A stretch of DNA of 64,000 nucleotides from Antedon mediterranea (Eukaryota > Animalia > Echinodermata), in assembly GCF_964355755.1 (NCBI RefSeq), contig NC_092671.1:7316001-7380000 (forward strand), in the 5' to 3' direction. Below are positions 39,701 through 54,700 of the stretch, piece by piece. A model generated the notes under the pieces. That model worked only from the letters and a program-made list of their open reading frames with translations. It was not told where the DNA came from and ran no database searches. The position numbers and the translations under genes were made by a program. How positions within the stretch are numbered: the stretch's first letter is position 1; the number at the start of each line of letters is the position of its first letter.

Positions 39701-42700
39701 ATTATAAAAAATTTAGGTATTAGGTATAAAAAATTAGATTGTCATCTAGCATAGTAACATGCAAAACTGTGTCATTTAGCAGAATGAGCTAACAATTGGA
39801 AACAAAATAAAAAAAGATTAATTTTATGTTACAGAAAAAATAATTTAAAAAAATACATAATGCCAACCTCGACAATGTGGAAAGTCAAAGTATCCAATTT
39901 TACAGCGGTCACATTGTCTGCCAGTGAACTGTTTCCTGCATGGACATTGTCCACCAAGTTCATTACAGAAGTAATCCAAAGAGCCATGCAGGTTACACTG
40001 GCATTGCTCAGCTCCATTGTTGTAGTATGAGCTGAGTGAAAATACACTGTTGCGGCAAAATCCTGTTGCTGAAGGGCTATATGCAAATGAACAAATAAAC
40101 TTAATTGATACAGAATTATGCAAAATCAAGTAATTTTAATATTATAAGTACAACAACTTTTTTTATAACAGTGTGTCAGACTATTAAACAACGTCTGTGA
40201 CTCCATTAAAGATAAGTATGGTATCTATTATAATTAGGTGCTAGTTTTGTGTAATTCAGGAGTGGAGTTGTGGCTTGGTGGTTATGATGCTTGGCTACCA
40301 CTCCAAGGGTCCTGGGTTCAAGTCCCGTCACATGTCAGGATTTTTTCTAAGGACCAAATTACTCCACTCCCAAAGACTTGTAATAAGACTTTGTATGTAG
40401 AGCATCTTGTGTATATGTTTGTCTTGTGAACCTCTGAGGGTCCCTAATGATCAGCAATAGCTGGATGGATCACCCTCATTAAATATGGTTTAAAAAAAAA
40501 AAAAATTAGAAGGGGACACCCATTGGAAACCAACAAAGTGAATTTCACAGTGTCTCCTGAATAGTGTTGTCCTAAAAAAGGTTTTCTACCGTAGTTTTCA
40601 GTAGAATACAGTTTAAAATGAAGCACACTAACATTAAATAACTATGATGCTAAATTTACCTTATGTAAAACTCTTGACGGCCGCACTCTGTTATGAAGTC
40701 TTCAGCTCTATCTTGGTTTGAAAGCGCGAGCAGTTCATAGTTAAAGACTTCCTTTGGAACTACCAATACATAGTCCTGAAAAAAATCATTAAATAATACA
40801 TATTTCATTCTAGCTTTCGACTTCATAGTTTATGTGATATAATTTTCAGAAAAAGCAACTAGATTATCTTAATTGTATAATTTAAATATTTAAATTAATA
40901 CCATAGCAATAAGTTTCAATTTTTTATAATAAAAATAAAATAAAGTGTATAGCATGATATAAACTTGGATCTTGAGTAAACACCAGCAATGAAGTCTGAT
41001 GCTTTGTAACAAGAACAGTAACATCTAACACAAATGAACCAATATACTTACAATCCATATATCCCTAGTATCAACGGTTTCCAAACTAACTTTAAACATG
41101 AATACTCCTTCTAACAAGTTGAATATTTCACTGCTATCTGTGGTTGTAACCAATGCACGACAACCAACCACATGAGGGCAGTATTTTGCTTTAAATGTAC
41201 CTAAAAGAATGTATTCAGTAGTATATACCATAAGTTTTATATCATAGAAACAATAATTGTCTTTAGACAATCTCACTCACAAGCTCTGTGTTCACTATCA
41301 AACTAGTTTGACAAAAAAAGTGTGATGTCCAAATAAGGTAGTGATATCCCTAAATGTGGCAGTGATATTGATTGAAATATATATTTATACTGGGTAACCT
41401 CTTCAGTCAAAGACTGGTCTCCCAGAGGGCCCAGTTGGTGATCAGTGGCTGCGATGTACTAATACACCGGGGTAACCCCCTACTCGTCTCGAAAGATGTA
41501 CTAGGTTCTTTAAAGTGCACACAAGCTACTGTAGATGTGTACACTGGACCTACGGTTTATAGTCCTTATCCGACAAGACTCGTTCTACCACCAGAACCAT
41601 AGAGTGAGTGAGCCTCGAACCCCTGCCGATGTTATGGCTACGTAATTACGGTTCCACTGTCTTAACCGCTCGGCCACTCACTCACTCAATATATGACATC
41701 ATTGCGTCCATATAATATAGGCACATCACATTTTTTGTCACATAAAGTGTGATAGTGTAGACAGAGCTTAAAAGAATTTGAAATATGAGTGCATGTTTTA
41801 CCTGACTGCTTAGTATCACCAATGATATCAAAATTAACATTATATGCTGAATAGTATGGTTGGTAATAGTGTACTATGAACATATATTGCCCATCAGTAA
41901 GTCTGACATCCTTTAACAACAATTCAGTCTGTAACAATAAACAAAGCATTTTTATTTGTAGACTGTTAATTTTTTTAATTAAGATGTTTATCATCTTTTG
42001 ACTATTTTTATTGCATGTGAAAATATATAGGTTTAGAGGGAAAAAAGGCTCTATACCTTTCCTGAATTTGAATTCATGTAGTACAACTTTGCATTGGTAT
42101 CAAGTATGTTAGGCGGCAGCGGTGAGTCAACCACCTCATCAACGACCACCTTGACAGAGGTCACATCTGGATATGTTGATGACAAGCATCTAAAGTTAAG
42201 TAAAAACATGAATTAATGTTAATGCAATGTATTTTTAACATTTGCAAACAACTTTCTCATGTATGTATTTATTTTATATATTTAAATTTTTTCATTAATC
42301 ATTATTATCTTGAGGTTTTAGATTTGTTTTTCTTTATGACTTTAATTAATTTGACATTAAAAATCCATTAAGATAACTAGGAATTTTCGAAATAATATCT
42401 GGTTTACTTCTTGTTTGAACTTCGGACACATTGTAGAGTTGGAGTCACGAGGTCGAAGTTCCACATCTCAACAGGAATTGCAACAATTGAACTCTGTAAC
42501 AAATTGAAGTACATTCTGTATTACACTTTGCACCGAAGATCTACTTATTTAATCAATTATTTTATGAAAAGTATCATAATTTCAGTAGAACCTCTATTAA
42601 GGGGACACTTTTAAGACTCTTAATAGAGTTGTAGTGTTAAAACAAATATTTCCCCTCGGTCATTTCACAGGACAGTGTCCCCTGGATAAGAGTTTCCCAT

Positions 42701-45700
42701 TGTAGCATTTCCAAATTTTAAATATTTTGTCTCTGTATTGTACTTTCAAAATATCAAATATTCTAAATTCAATATATAACTTTTGATATATTTAAACCAC
42801 TTGGTTTGCAGTTTCTACTGCCAAAACAATGTTTTATGAATACAGTAGACTCCTATTAAAGGGAAACCAATAGGAGCCAATAAAGTGTACTCTGAATATA
42901 ATGTTTGGTCATAGTGTTAAAACATACCTGCCTCTCATTTAATTCATATAAAAGTGTAAAATGTCTCCTTAATAGAAGTGTTAAAACGGTTCTACTGTAT
43001 ATGATTTTTTTTAAATAAATAAACAAATTACCACAGCAACAAAACCTAACAATTGATGTTGAGTAAACTTAATCTCGAAAACTTCTTCTGGCAACACAAA
43101 CACGTTGACACGATTGGCCATGTCCATAACAACGCTACGACACCTAATAGCAAACAAATATTGATAAAAAGCATTGTTAAGACTGTTACATATACTTAAT
43201 AGTTGGAACGATATAAACATATTACACTTTAATGAGATATTTTCTGTAAAGTTAAAATGATTTCTCTTAAGGGAAACACTTTTTAAAAATTTAAAAATGA
43301 AAACATGTTTCCATTTAGTTAACTTGAATATAAATATGGCCATGAAGTCAATTAGAATAATTTCTTCAATTTGAAGAAATTTAGAGATTATACTTATACC
43401 AGTGAAGATTCACTCTGCTTATACAGTCTTTTTATTGTTTTTCCAAAATTATAGTTACAGTGTGGCCATAACAATTATTATATTAGAATTTTTTTTCTCC
43501 CTATAAATGAAATTTATGCTTTCATGTATCACTCATTATATTTAAAACTTACAAATATTCACACTCGTATGTTGCTACAAATCCATTGACTTGGTCTTGT
43601 TCAGTAATCACATCAATTGTATTTATACTCATCCCTGTACCACCTCCATAATACTCCATGATCAAGACGTACTCTCCAGCGACAGAGATTGGAAAAGATA
43701 AACTTAACATCGTCTAAAAAAAAAAAAAAAAATTTTTAATATGAAATTAATCTAATACCAAAATAGATAATAGATAACTATCTTGACTATGTCTGATATT
43801 TAAATTTTCATTTTTTTCCAGTAACAAATAGTTAAACACAAACATTTGAATTTGAAGACTGAACAGTGATGTAGCCACGAGAAATAAAGTGGTCAGGTTT
43901 TCGCAAGAAAAGGAAACAATCTCTGTTCAAGCCACTGGGTTGTCAAAGATCTCTGTAAAAAAGTGTTCAGGTTGAAACTTGACCAACAGTACAGGTGGCT
44001 ACAGCCCTGCTGACACAAACATTATATTATCCTGTACCCATACCTGTTCTCTGTCCACTAAGGCCATCTGAGGGACACCGAGTTCAAGTAATATCGTATT
44101 GTTTGTAAACAAACGTGTTGGTTCTCTTGCGCCATCCGAAGTGTAATAGTACCCAGCCTGACCTAAAACAACTTCATATTGGTCGACTTGTGGGTAAACA
44201 AACCGGTTACATCTGAAATATAAGGCATACCGAAAACAAAAATGATTTCTCATATCCCACAAATCATCAGCTGAAGAAATTTGAGGAGTTTTCATCCTTT
44301 TGTACTTTTGAAATGAAATAAAAATGAAATAAAAATGAAATAAAAATGAAATAAGATAAATACTGACTGTACATTAGAATGTCTTACAGAATTTGATGTT
44401 GACCAGCTTGACACGGATCAGTGACCTGTTGCTTTAATGTACTCGCTTCATAATAAGCAGACGGTAACAAGACTAAATAATCCTATAAATATATATCATA
44501 ATTAAGCATAAATCCAAAGGCAAATTACTGACAAAATTACAATGCTGTGGGTATCAGTGGCTGGATCTCAATGGAGATACAAAATGACAATGCTGTGGGT
44601 ATCAGTGGCTGGATCTCAATGGAGATACAAAATGACAATGCTGTGGGTATCAGTGGCTGGATCTCAATGGAGATACAAAATGACAATGCTGTGGGTATCA
44701 GTGGCTGGATCTCAATGGAGATACAAAATAAAAATTAAGCAAAAAGCTAAATCAGAACTGATAAAGTAAAACAGCCATAATTAAGCATAAGTTACAATTG
44801 AACATCCAGACTGGAGATGAAATATATTAATCAATTGTAAATGTATTTAAAAAAGTATTTATTTTTATTATTCTATCTATTTGTTTATTTACTTATTTAT
44901 CTATTTATTTATTTATTCCAAATTTATTATTTGCATCTAAGCTCTTGCTTACAGTGTAGCCCCATTCACAACTTAACTAAATTTGTATGTATATTTTATT
45001 TAATATTCAAAATATAATTATTTTATGTATACTTTTAACTTGATCCGAGATTGTGTAAAAGCTTATTATTATTTATTTAAGTTAGCCGTGATATCATACC
45101 AAAAGAACACCTCCTGTAGCTTCAATGGTGGCATGCCATCGTCCAGGATTTAAAACAAAAGGTGATATGTTGTTACCACCTTCAACAGTGACTAACTGTG
45201 GACCAGCACCGGGAAGAAATATCACCGAGACTATTTGTTCTGAACCTGTTAAAGAACAATAACAAAATCTGTTTCAACCGGCCTGTATACTTTGTATTGA
45301 GAAAGTAAAAAAAGTCTTCTTACAACATTTAATTACAAAAAAGAAATTCATTGAACAACAAAAAGATACAGTAATGAAAAACTTGAGCATAAACGAATAA
45401 TAAGTTCTCAGCTGGTTTTCCCCTAGGCGAATTTGCTTGCGTAAATCCAATGTTCGCAGAAAAAAAACGTGTTACAAGAGTGAATATCCAAGATTTTCAT
45501 TTCCATTCCGTGTCCGCTTAGCTTTTCGATTAAATTGGACTAAATTTAATGTATCATTATTAGCTTTAGAAGTACCTATAGTTGGATCAATTGGCGTCAG
45601 TTTTATTCTTCCACGAATAATTTCACTTCCAGTGTGAACGTAACGTAGAATGATGCGATACAGTTCATGATTAATGACATCTACTGAAACCACAACAGAG

Positions 45701-48700
45701 GGCTGTGAAGTAATATAAAAATATTAGTTCATTATTAGTTACTTAGAGTCAGTTTCAGTACATTACAATAGATTTTTTATCTTCTTGAAAGTATCTGTGT
45801 CAATATTTCACATCAAGAAGGCAGTACTGATAAACAACTCCATGAGCAATATCATTGGAATGGTGCTATACATATGGACATTTCATTTTTTGAGTTGCTG
45901 CATAGATACCTACCTGAGTACTTTCAGACATAATAGCATATCCTAAGTAAGAAAAGTTATCAAACACTGACTCATCATAGCCAATGCGCACATGACCTCC
46001 AACTGTGGACCGACCTTCCTCAATCTCAAAACGAAACTGGTACAGGTCATAGAAAAAGTGAGCTCTCTCAGGTCTGTAATAATAATAATACTACACTTTT
46101 AATTCTTCAATTCAATTCAATTCAATTCAATAAACATTTATTTACAAAATCTGAATACATAGGAAAACAAGAAAACAGGATTGTACAGAATTATAAAAAC
46201 ATGTTTCAGAAAATGGAGGCAAAAGCCCTGAAAGATGTTGGGAAACATCTTGAGTTGGGCGAGCCTTGACACAAAAAAAAGAAAGAAAAGAAATGCACCA
46301 AAGAAAATAATAATAAATTTCATAATCTAAAATATGAATAACATAAAAAAAAAAAAAAAATCTATTGGTACTGCAGATTGAGACATGACCGATTAATAAA
46401 TATTTAATAAGTAGAAACGGTGTATTTTTTTAATTTTGAGAGAAGTATCTTAGAGGAAGCAGATTTTGTGATGGAGGGTGGTAGGTTGTTCCATAGGGTG
46501 GGTCCAGGGTATTGAATGTTATGTTCTACCTTTACACACTGAACTTTCCGTTCTAATACAGCTTAATGGACAAAGGTGCCCCAGCTCGAACGGTGCTAGT
46601 ATCGGACTTGCGGTTTAGGAGGATATAGAAGAACACATTTTGGCTTAGTGCTATTATATTTACACACTAAATAATATATTGTAACAAAAAAGATGATAAT
46701 AATATAAATAATCTTTGTAAAATAAAGATATACTCACTCGTTACAATTTTTGCCTTTGATTCTTGGACGACACGTACACTGACCAGATGATTTATCACAC
46801 ATGTTGTTAATAGCCCCACCAACATCACACTCACAAGCTATATAGAAAAATATAACATATGACAAATATTGATAAGCAAGTCAAAATTCAATTTAATTCA
46901 ATTCAATAAACTTTATTGTCAAACTCATGAATGGCTTAAAACTTTGGCTGAAAGTACACATATTAAAATTGTCTAAAAACAATGTCGCACAAACAGAAAA
47001 AAAGAATAAAATCACTTAAACCAGAGAACAAGATGTTATATAAAAAAGTTAAAAGAGGACACAAAAAGTACAAACCGAGTTAAAATACAGCTAAGATACT
47101 TATTGCGGATATCGTTTCCACATTAAATTAAAATGCCTCATAGCAGATGGGAGAAAGGATCTACGTAGGCGCTCAGTGTTCCAGCGAGGATATGTAATGC
47201 ACCCAGACCAACAATAATAGATACACGACTATATGTACTGTATCTCCATATATCGCTGCATATTCAGTATCATATGCAACTTCTGTAAAGCTCTGTCTAC
47301 ACTATCAAAATTATGTGCCCATATTTGGACACAATGATGTCATATCACTACCATATTTGGGAATTTTTTTTGTCAAACTAGTTTGATAGTGTAGATAGAG
47401 CTTAATACAGTGTGGAAGGTTAGGTTAAGGGCTAGGTTAAAGCCCATCACATCACATGTGAAAGACATCAAATGCTGCCTCATACAATTTGTCTATGTCA
47501 CTGGAAAAATGATAGATACTTGCCAAAATTCAGGGGAATCAAACATTTCTTTACATTAAGTTGTTAATCATTACAATGCCATGTTGGCAGAGTTATTACC
47601 AGAAAACATCAATAAACCTACCTGTGCATCCAAATATATTTCTACCAGCGAGTTCATAGGATCCATCTTGGCATTCTGTACATTGTCTACCAGTAACTAA
47701 CAACTTGCATCTACATTGACCAGTATTCTATAAGTAACAACACAGTGAAGTATTTACATTTCTAAAAGTTGTACACAAAGAAAACTCTAAATTCTTCACC
47801 AAGTTACTATAAATAGAAACAATTTCTTATCAAATTAAAACTTCTTTGTATTTATTAAAAAAATTGTCCCAGTCACCAAAAACTCATGACAAAGCTTGGA
47901 GTGCTAAATTGTAAACGAAAAAGTGAAGTTTTAACTTGGTGGTTTCGATGCTTGTCTACTGATCCAGGATCTTGGATTCAAATCCTGTAAGACATTATGA
48001 TTTTCTGTCCTGTGAAGAGGGTTGGAGGACAGTGAATAAAATCTCTTATGGTTATCCTTGGCAATACAATATGCCTAAATTGAGAACTTTAAAAGAGATA
48101 GGCAGTTTCAATCCCGAATACAACACAAGAAATTGAAGGCAATTACCATCTGGCAGGCTTGGCTCGTTGAGGTTGTTCCAGGTGTAAAGCACATACAGTC
48201 TTCACATCCGCTGGGATTGGTTAACTGCAAATTCCAATAAAGTTCCTTACATTCATCACATGACCTGCCAACCACATTGTCCTTGCAGAGACAAGCTCCC
48301 TACAATATGAAACAGTTTATGGACACTGTTGAGGATGAATATTGACACAACAGTTCTTTTCAGAAATATATATATACACCGAAAACTTTATATCAAATTT
48401 ATGAACATATTTATGAAAATTTTGGACATGTACGGTATAAATATATTCATGATTGAACATATGTATGAACACATTTATGAACACATTTATGAACTATAAC
48501 AATATTTATGCACATATCTACCAACATATCTATGAACACATTTATGAAATTTTTTTTTTAAATAGAATGACCAGTGCAATTATAATATATATATACAATT
48601 TAACAAAAAGAGTGATATTTGAAAACAGGCCAGCGATGATGCTGAAATAAATATAGTATAAGATGAGAGAAAAAAGTTGGCCCTAGACACAATGACAGAC

Positions 48701-51700
48701 AAAATGAAAGATCTCTATTCTGGAACCACAATTATAGGTTAAAAAATGTGAAGTTTTAAAAAAGAAGAAGAAATTCAATTATGAACTAAGGCCTACTAAT
48801 GAAGAAAATCTATTAGCAGATTTGAGATACTTAGTATTTATAACTATAGAAACAGAATATAAAACATGCTATGGTAGTCAATATATATTATTCAGCACAT
48901 ATATTATTTTACACACATAAAATATGAGGAATGATAATGATGATATGAAAGAATGAAACATGATCAGTTAAACGGCATGATTCAGTTAAACGGCATGATT
49001 CAGTTAAACGGCATGATTCAGTTGAATGGCATGATTCAGTTAAACGGCATGATTCAGTTAAACGGCATGATTCAGTTAAACGGCATGATTCAGTTAAACG
49101 GCATGATTCAGTTGAATGGCATGATTCAGTTGAATGGCATGATTCAGTTAAATGGCATGATTCAGTTTAATGGCATGATTCTGTTTAATGGCATGATTCA
49201 GTTAAATGGCATGATTCAGTTTAATGGCATGATTCAGTTAAATGGCATGATTCAGTTTAATGGCATGATTCAGTTAAATGGCATGATTCAGTTAAATAGC
49301 AAGATTCAGTTAAATGTCATGATTCAATTGAATGGCATGATTCAGTTAAACGCATGATTCAGTTAAACAGCATGATTCAGTTAAACATCATGATTAAATT
49401 GAATGGCATGATTCTGTTTAATGGCATGATTCAGTTAAATGGCATGATTCAGTTTAATGGCATGATTCAGTTAAATTGCAAGATTCAGTTAAATGTCATG
49501 ATTCAATTGAATGGCAGGATTCAGTTAAATGCATGATTCAGTTAAACAGCATGATTCAGTTAAACATCATGATTAAATTGAATGGCATGATTCTGTTTAA
49601 TGGCATGATTCAGTTAAATGGCATGATTCAGTTTAATGGCATGATTCAGTTAAACGTCATGATTCAATTGAATGGCATGATTCAGTTAAACGGCATGATA
49701 CAATTAAACGGCATGATTCAGTTAAACGTCATGATTCAGTTAAACGGCATGATACAATTAAACGGCATGATTCAGTTAAACGGCATGATTCAGCTGATAT
49801 TGGAGACGATGATGATTCAGCAATACAGAAATACTACCCTCAACTTACATTAGTCTGTGCACCACAGCCACCGAGTGGCTGATCCAGAAGATGTTCCTGA
49901 ACCCCAGATGGGGCACAGTTACACTCTAATGAAATAAATATATCCATATTATAATTTTAAATTATTCCTGCAGGTAGTACAAAATGTATTTACTGATTAT
50001 CTACCCACATTGTAAATCTTTGAGTTTTGTGTGGGTTGGATTGAAATAATATTCAACAAATATGAACTTCTATCTATTTTTAATTCTGCAGGAACGAGGG
50101 AATAACCATAACGAGGGAATAACAATTTAATTTAAATAATTATTACAAATAGCCAAAATGCTTCCCAAATCTATAGTAAGCCTACTATTTAATACAACAA
50201 ATGTATTGCCTACCTTCACAAAATGGGAAATTGTAGAATCCAAGAGCACATCGCCTGCAATCTCGACCAATATAGTTACTGGAACAAGGACACTGACCTG
50301 TGACACGGTCACAATTTTGACGTAATTTTGACCCATCAGGATCACAATCACAAGCTGTCAAAAGTCATAATAGTAAAGATATCAAAGATCAATAAATCAT
50401 TAATCTGAATGATTGAACCAAATTGGCTACTTTTCAAGCATTCCAAAAGGACTTAAATAATTTCTCCAGTTGCAAATGTTTTTTTAATTATAAATTTACA
50501 GGCAAAGAAGAAATTCTAAACCACCCAATGATATACTAACAATTAATTAATTAATTAAATTTCAAACAGTAAAGATGAGGAAATCTGTGTTATAAATTAT
50601 ATTGATTCTTACCAATGCAATCTGGATAGCCGTAATATCCCCGTGAACATGATTTACATTTGTCACCATTGTAGTTTGGTAAACACTGACATTGGCCATT
50701 ACTGTAACACTGTGACACACCTCCAGTACCAACACTATTACAGTCACAGGCTATCAAGAACAACAATTAAACAATGAATGAGTAACATTTATTCCATCCT
50801 CTGTGTTCAATTAAAAAATTGTAAAAAAGTAAATTCTTGTTTTTTAAGCTACTTACGTTTACAGTTTGGAAAATCGTAGAAGTCATTTGTGCATGAATCA
50901 CAAATGGTGCCTGCAAAGTTACGTTTGCATTTACACTTGCCTTCCACAGATTCACAAACAGCGCCCTCAGTGCCTTCAGGATGACATTTGCATGCTTTAA
51001 TAAGGAGACACAAACAAGAAATTTGTAATTAAAAACAAGATAGTAACAATAACAATAGCTTTCATTTACTGATTTAAAAATTATTTTTTATGGCAACTTA
51101 CGAAGGCAATTGGGGAAACCGTAAAAACCTTCAGCACATTGGTCGCAAGCTCTCCCGGCAAAGTCTCTACGGCAACGACACTCACCGGTGCCTTCATCGC
51201 AAACCATATCAAGTCGACCGTACACATTGCACTCGCAAACTACAGAAAGAAATACAATAACTTGTATTTAATATTCTAGTAATAATGTATTATGTATTCT
51301 TGCTACCCGAAAGCTCTGTAATTTCTTTCTGGCTGTTTAACTTTATCATTTTGATTTCGCTTTTTGCTTAGTTATTTGTAAATCCAACCACTGATTGTCA
51401 TTTCTTCAGTAATTTGCCTTTTGATTTATGTTTTCATATTAAAATTAATTTGGTAAGAGCATGGTCAATTCTGGATTCATAATTACTTCTGCTGCTTAGT
51501 TTTTATTCCTAAAGAAGGAGATGTCTATACAAAGTTACAAATTGAATTTGAATATTACAAGATTTATAAGTTATGTTTCTGTATCAGGTATAAAAAAATT
51601 AAGCTAGTTTAGAAATATTATAAAAATTATATTCAATACTAGTATAAGAAAAAATTAGAAGCAATAAAATTGATTTCTTACGAATACAGGATGGAAACTT

Positions 51701-54700
51701 GTAGTAACCGAGAGAACACTTATCACACTGTAGGCCACGGAAGTTCTGTTTACACTGACACTGACCAGCCTGTGCTTGGCATTCAGCATTTACAGTCCCA
51801 TTCACATTGCATCTGCATTCTTTACAAATATAAAACATTTATTAATTAATTTTTAATATAATGGAAATAAGGTTATCTACTTGTTAATCTGTATTTTTAA
51901 ACATATGAAAAATACCTTTGCATTCTGGGTAGTCATAGTGACCTAGACTACATTCATTACACATTTCACCAGCGTATTGCGGTTTACATTCACATTTCCC
52001 TGTTAACGGGGCACAGCTACCAGTATACAAATACGACGCACAATTACAGCCTATTAAAAAAAACAAATTGATATAGAAAAGAACAAACATAATATAGTCA
52101 GCAGTATTTCATCTAAGTCAATAAATGGAATTCAATAGATAAGCAGGCTTTGTCTTGTTGTGCTACAAATTGCACTCCTCAACACATTCAGGGGTGCTGA
52201 TGTAGATTGTTTGCTCTTCGTATCTTGGTGAGTAGAGGTTTACCAAAGGTAAGTGTGTTGTAAATGCCACACCACAAGGAACATTAGGAGTGTGTTAGGT
52301 GAGCGATCGCACTTCCACGCCTCAAAAGACAAGGCATAGATAAGAGATTTGTATGTTATATGTTTACTTACGTTGACAGATTGAGGAAGATGTAAGGTGG
52401 GTGTTGGAAGCTCTAAAGTAACCAGGTTTACACTCATTGCAATTGACACCTGTCGTGTTATCCTATAGTTAAAAAACACAACATACTAATATATTCAGAA
52501 TTAAACAAAAATAACTTATCACAAGAGAAAACAGTGTTTTCAACTAGTTCAAAAAATCAAATTGTTATCTGTAACATTTCATAACTAAATCTGAACAAAT
52601 GAGATCTGAGCCAATTGCATATAACAGTGTGGATAGCAGAGTTCTGAATGCCCTTTCTGCCACCTATGAATCAACCAAAGTGTAGACGAGGCTTACAACA
52701 AAATACTTCAATAAAACAACAGCCAAACCTGACAATCGATGCAAACACCTCCTCCGGAGTAGTTGCCGTAGATATCTAGTGATTCTCGCCGATGGTCAAC
52801 ATCTTCATCATAGTAACAGCTAGTAGCATGACCAAAGCAATTACAGGCTATACAAGTTTATAATAATTATTACATAATTATACGGTAAAGTAAATATCAT
52901 GGATATCAGGATAGTGAGAGTAGTAGATAGTGAAATAAAACACTAAAGCTCTGTCTACACTATCAAATTTTATGTGACAAAAATATGTGATGTGCCCATA
53001 TATGGACATCATGATGTTATATCACAACCATATTTGGGCATATCACTACCATATTTGGGCACATCACACTTTGTCAAACTATTTTGATAGTGTAGACAGA
53101 GCTTTATAGTTTAAGCATGTAATCATTTTATGATACTGTAGACAAATAAAAATGCCAATTATTTAGTTTAAAACCTCTTTCTTACGTTCGCATTCATTTG
53201 CAGTTTGCAATGTGGCAGGTAACCATTTCTTTTGAACAAATCCTGGACAACATTCCTGGCACTCAGGACCACATGTATTATGGGAGCATGTACACATAAT
53301 TCGACCTGGTTGACCCGGTACTGGTGTATCACAACGATCCGCATGACCGTTACACAAACAACGTCCTCCAATTGAGATGTCTTTGATACTGTAGTAATAA
53401 CGTCTGGTGACAGTCGGGTCTTGTTGCTGTTTGGCCATTAAGTGTCCTAATAGTGTCTTGGTCTGCAACAACCTCAGACGAACGTTAGTGGCTCTTGTAA
53501 AACCTTTGAGGGCATCTGATGCGTAGAAGTCATTCGCACCTGGTCGACCATTTATCAATGAAACGACAATCTGAAAATAAAATGTTTTCAAAAATAATAA
53601 AAATAAATTCTTTCATTCTACAATCTTTTTGCAACCAGTGGTCTAACAGAGAGGCATATTATTATGTTTGTCAATATAATGGCTTATGCCTACTGAGTGT
53701 AAAGCTTCCATGATTTTCTTGTGTTGGTCAAGAACACTAAAATAACAAATGATGTACTCAATTTATAGACAGGAACAAATATGCTTTAAAAAAAACAAAA
53801 ATATCCTGCTATGAACCATGGAATCAAACTATAAATGGGACACTTTCCAGTGATACTAGCAAAGGACAATGTTTTAACTATGTCAACACATCCAGGAGAC
53901 ACACTAAAGAGGACAAGGTGTCCCTATTCTACTGTAGTTATTAAAAATGGTCTTACCTCACCATCTTCTAAAGGAACAATTTCTGAGTAAGCAGTTGTGC
54001 AAATGACTTGATCATCAGCGGTTAGTTGTACAGTGGAATTCATGCCAAATGATTGTACACAATCACTCTCTGAATCTGCAAAGTACTGCCATGGTTCATA
54101 TGTGTTGCCAAAGTCGCTGGACTTTTCTAAGATCCACACGCCAGGTCTTGGAGAGTTTGCAAACTTCACAATGACATATGCTACATGATAAGACTGTAAA
54201 ATAAAAGGTTTTACATTTATCAACTTGATATAGAATATGTATTTACAACAGACTGATGTATTCCAGTCTTAACATGTTTTATAAATGTTTTCTTTGCCTA
54301 ATTTAATTATTTGGCCTACATGATTACAATTTTGGAAAATATCAATCTAATCTATTTGCAGCATACTTGGGCAGAGAGGCCTGATTCTATGCTACCCAGG
54401 TGATCTGAAATCATAGGTTCAACTCTCACAACTTGAAATTTTTTTGCCAAGTTTTATCAACTTTTTTTGCCATTACCTTTGCCTTTACTATAGATGTTAT
54501 CAGATTTTCTATATTAAAAAAAAATTGTTTACTTGACAAAAACTGTAATTTAAATACAAAAAATAGTTAAATTGACTTAACTTGACTGTGTTTTGGTTGA
54601 ATTTAACCGTTTATTTTGTCTTTATATAAGTAAAAACATTATTTAAAAATGTGTTTTTTCTACGGAAGTGATTAACTTGATTGAAACTACGAAATGGCCT

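Noticed and set aside
48953-49853. (MIQLNG)n ORFs as a repeat protein; likewise the ORFs at 35155, 44542 and 62755-63283
   Set aside because: They are translations of minisatellites, frameshifted between blocks, with no splice or domain support.
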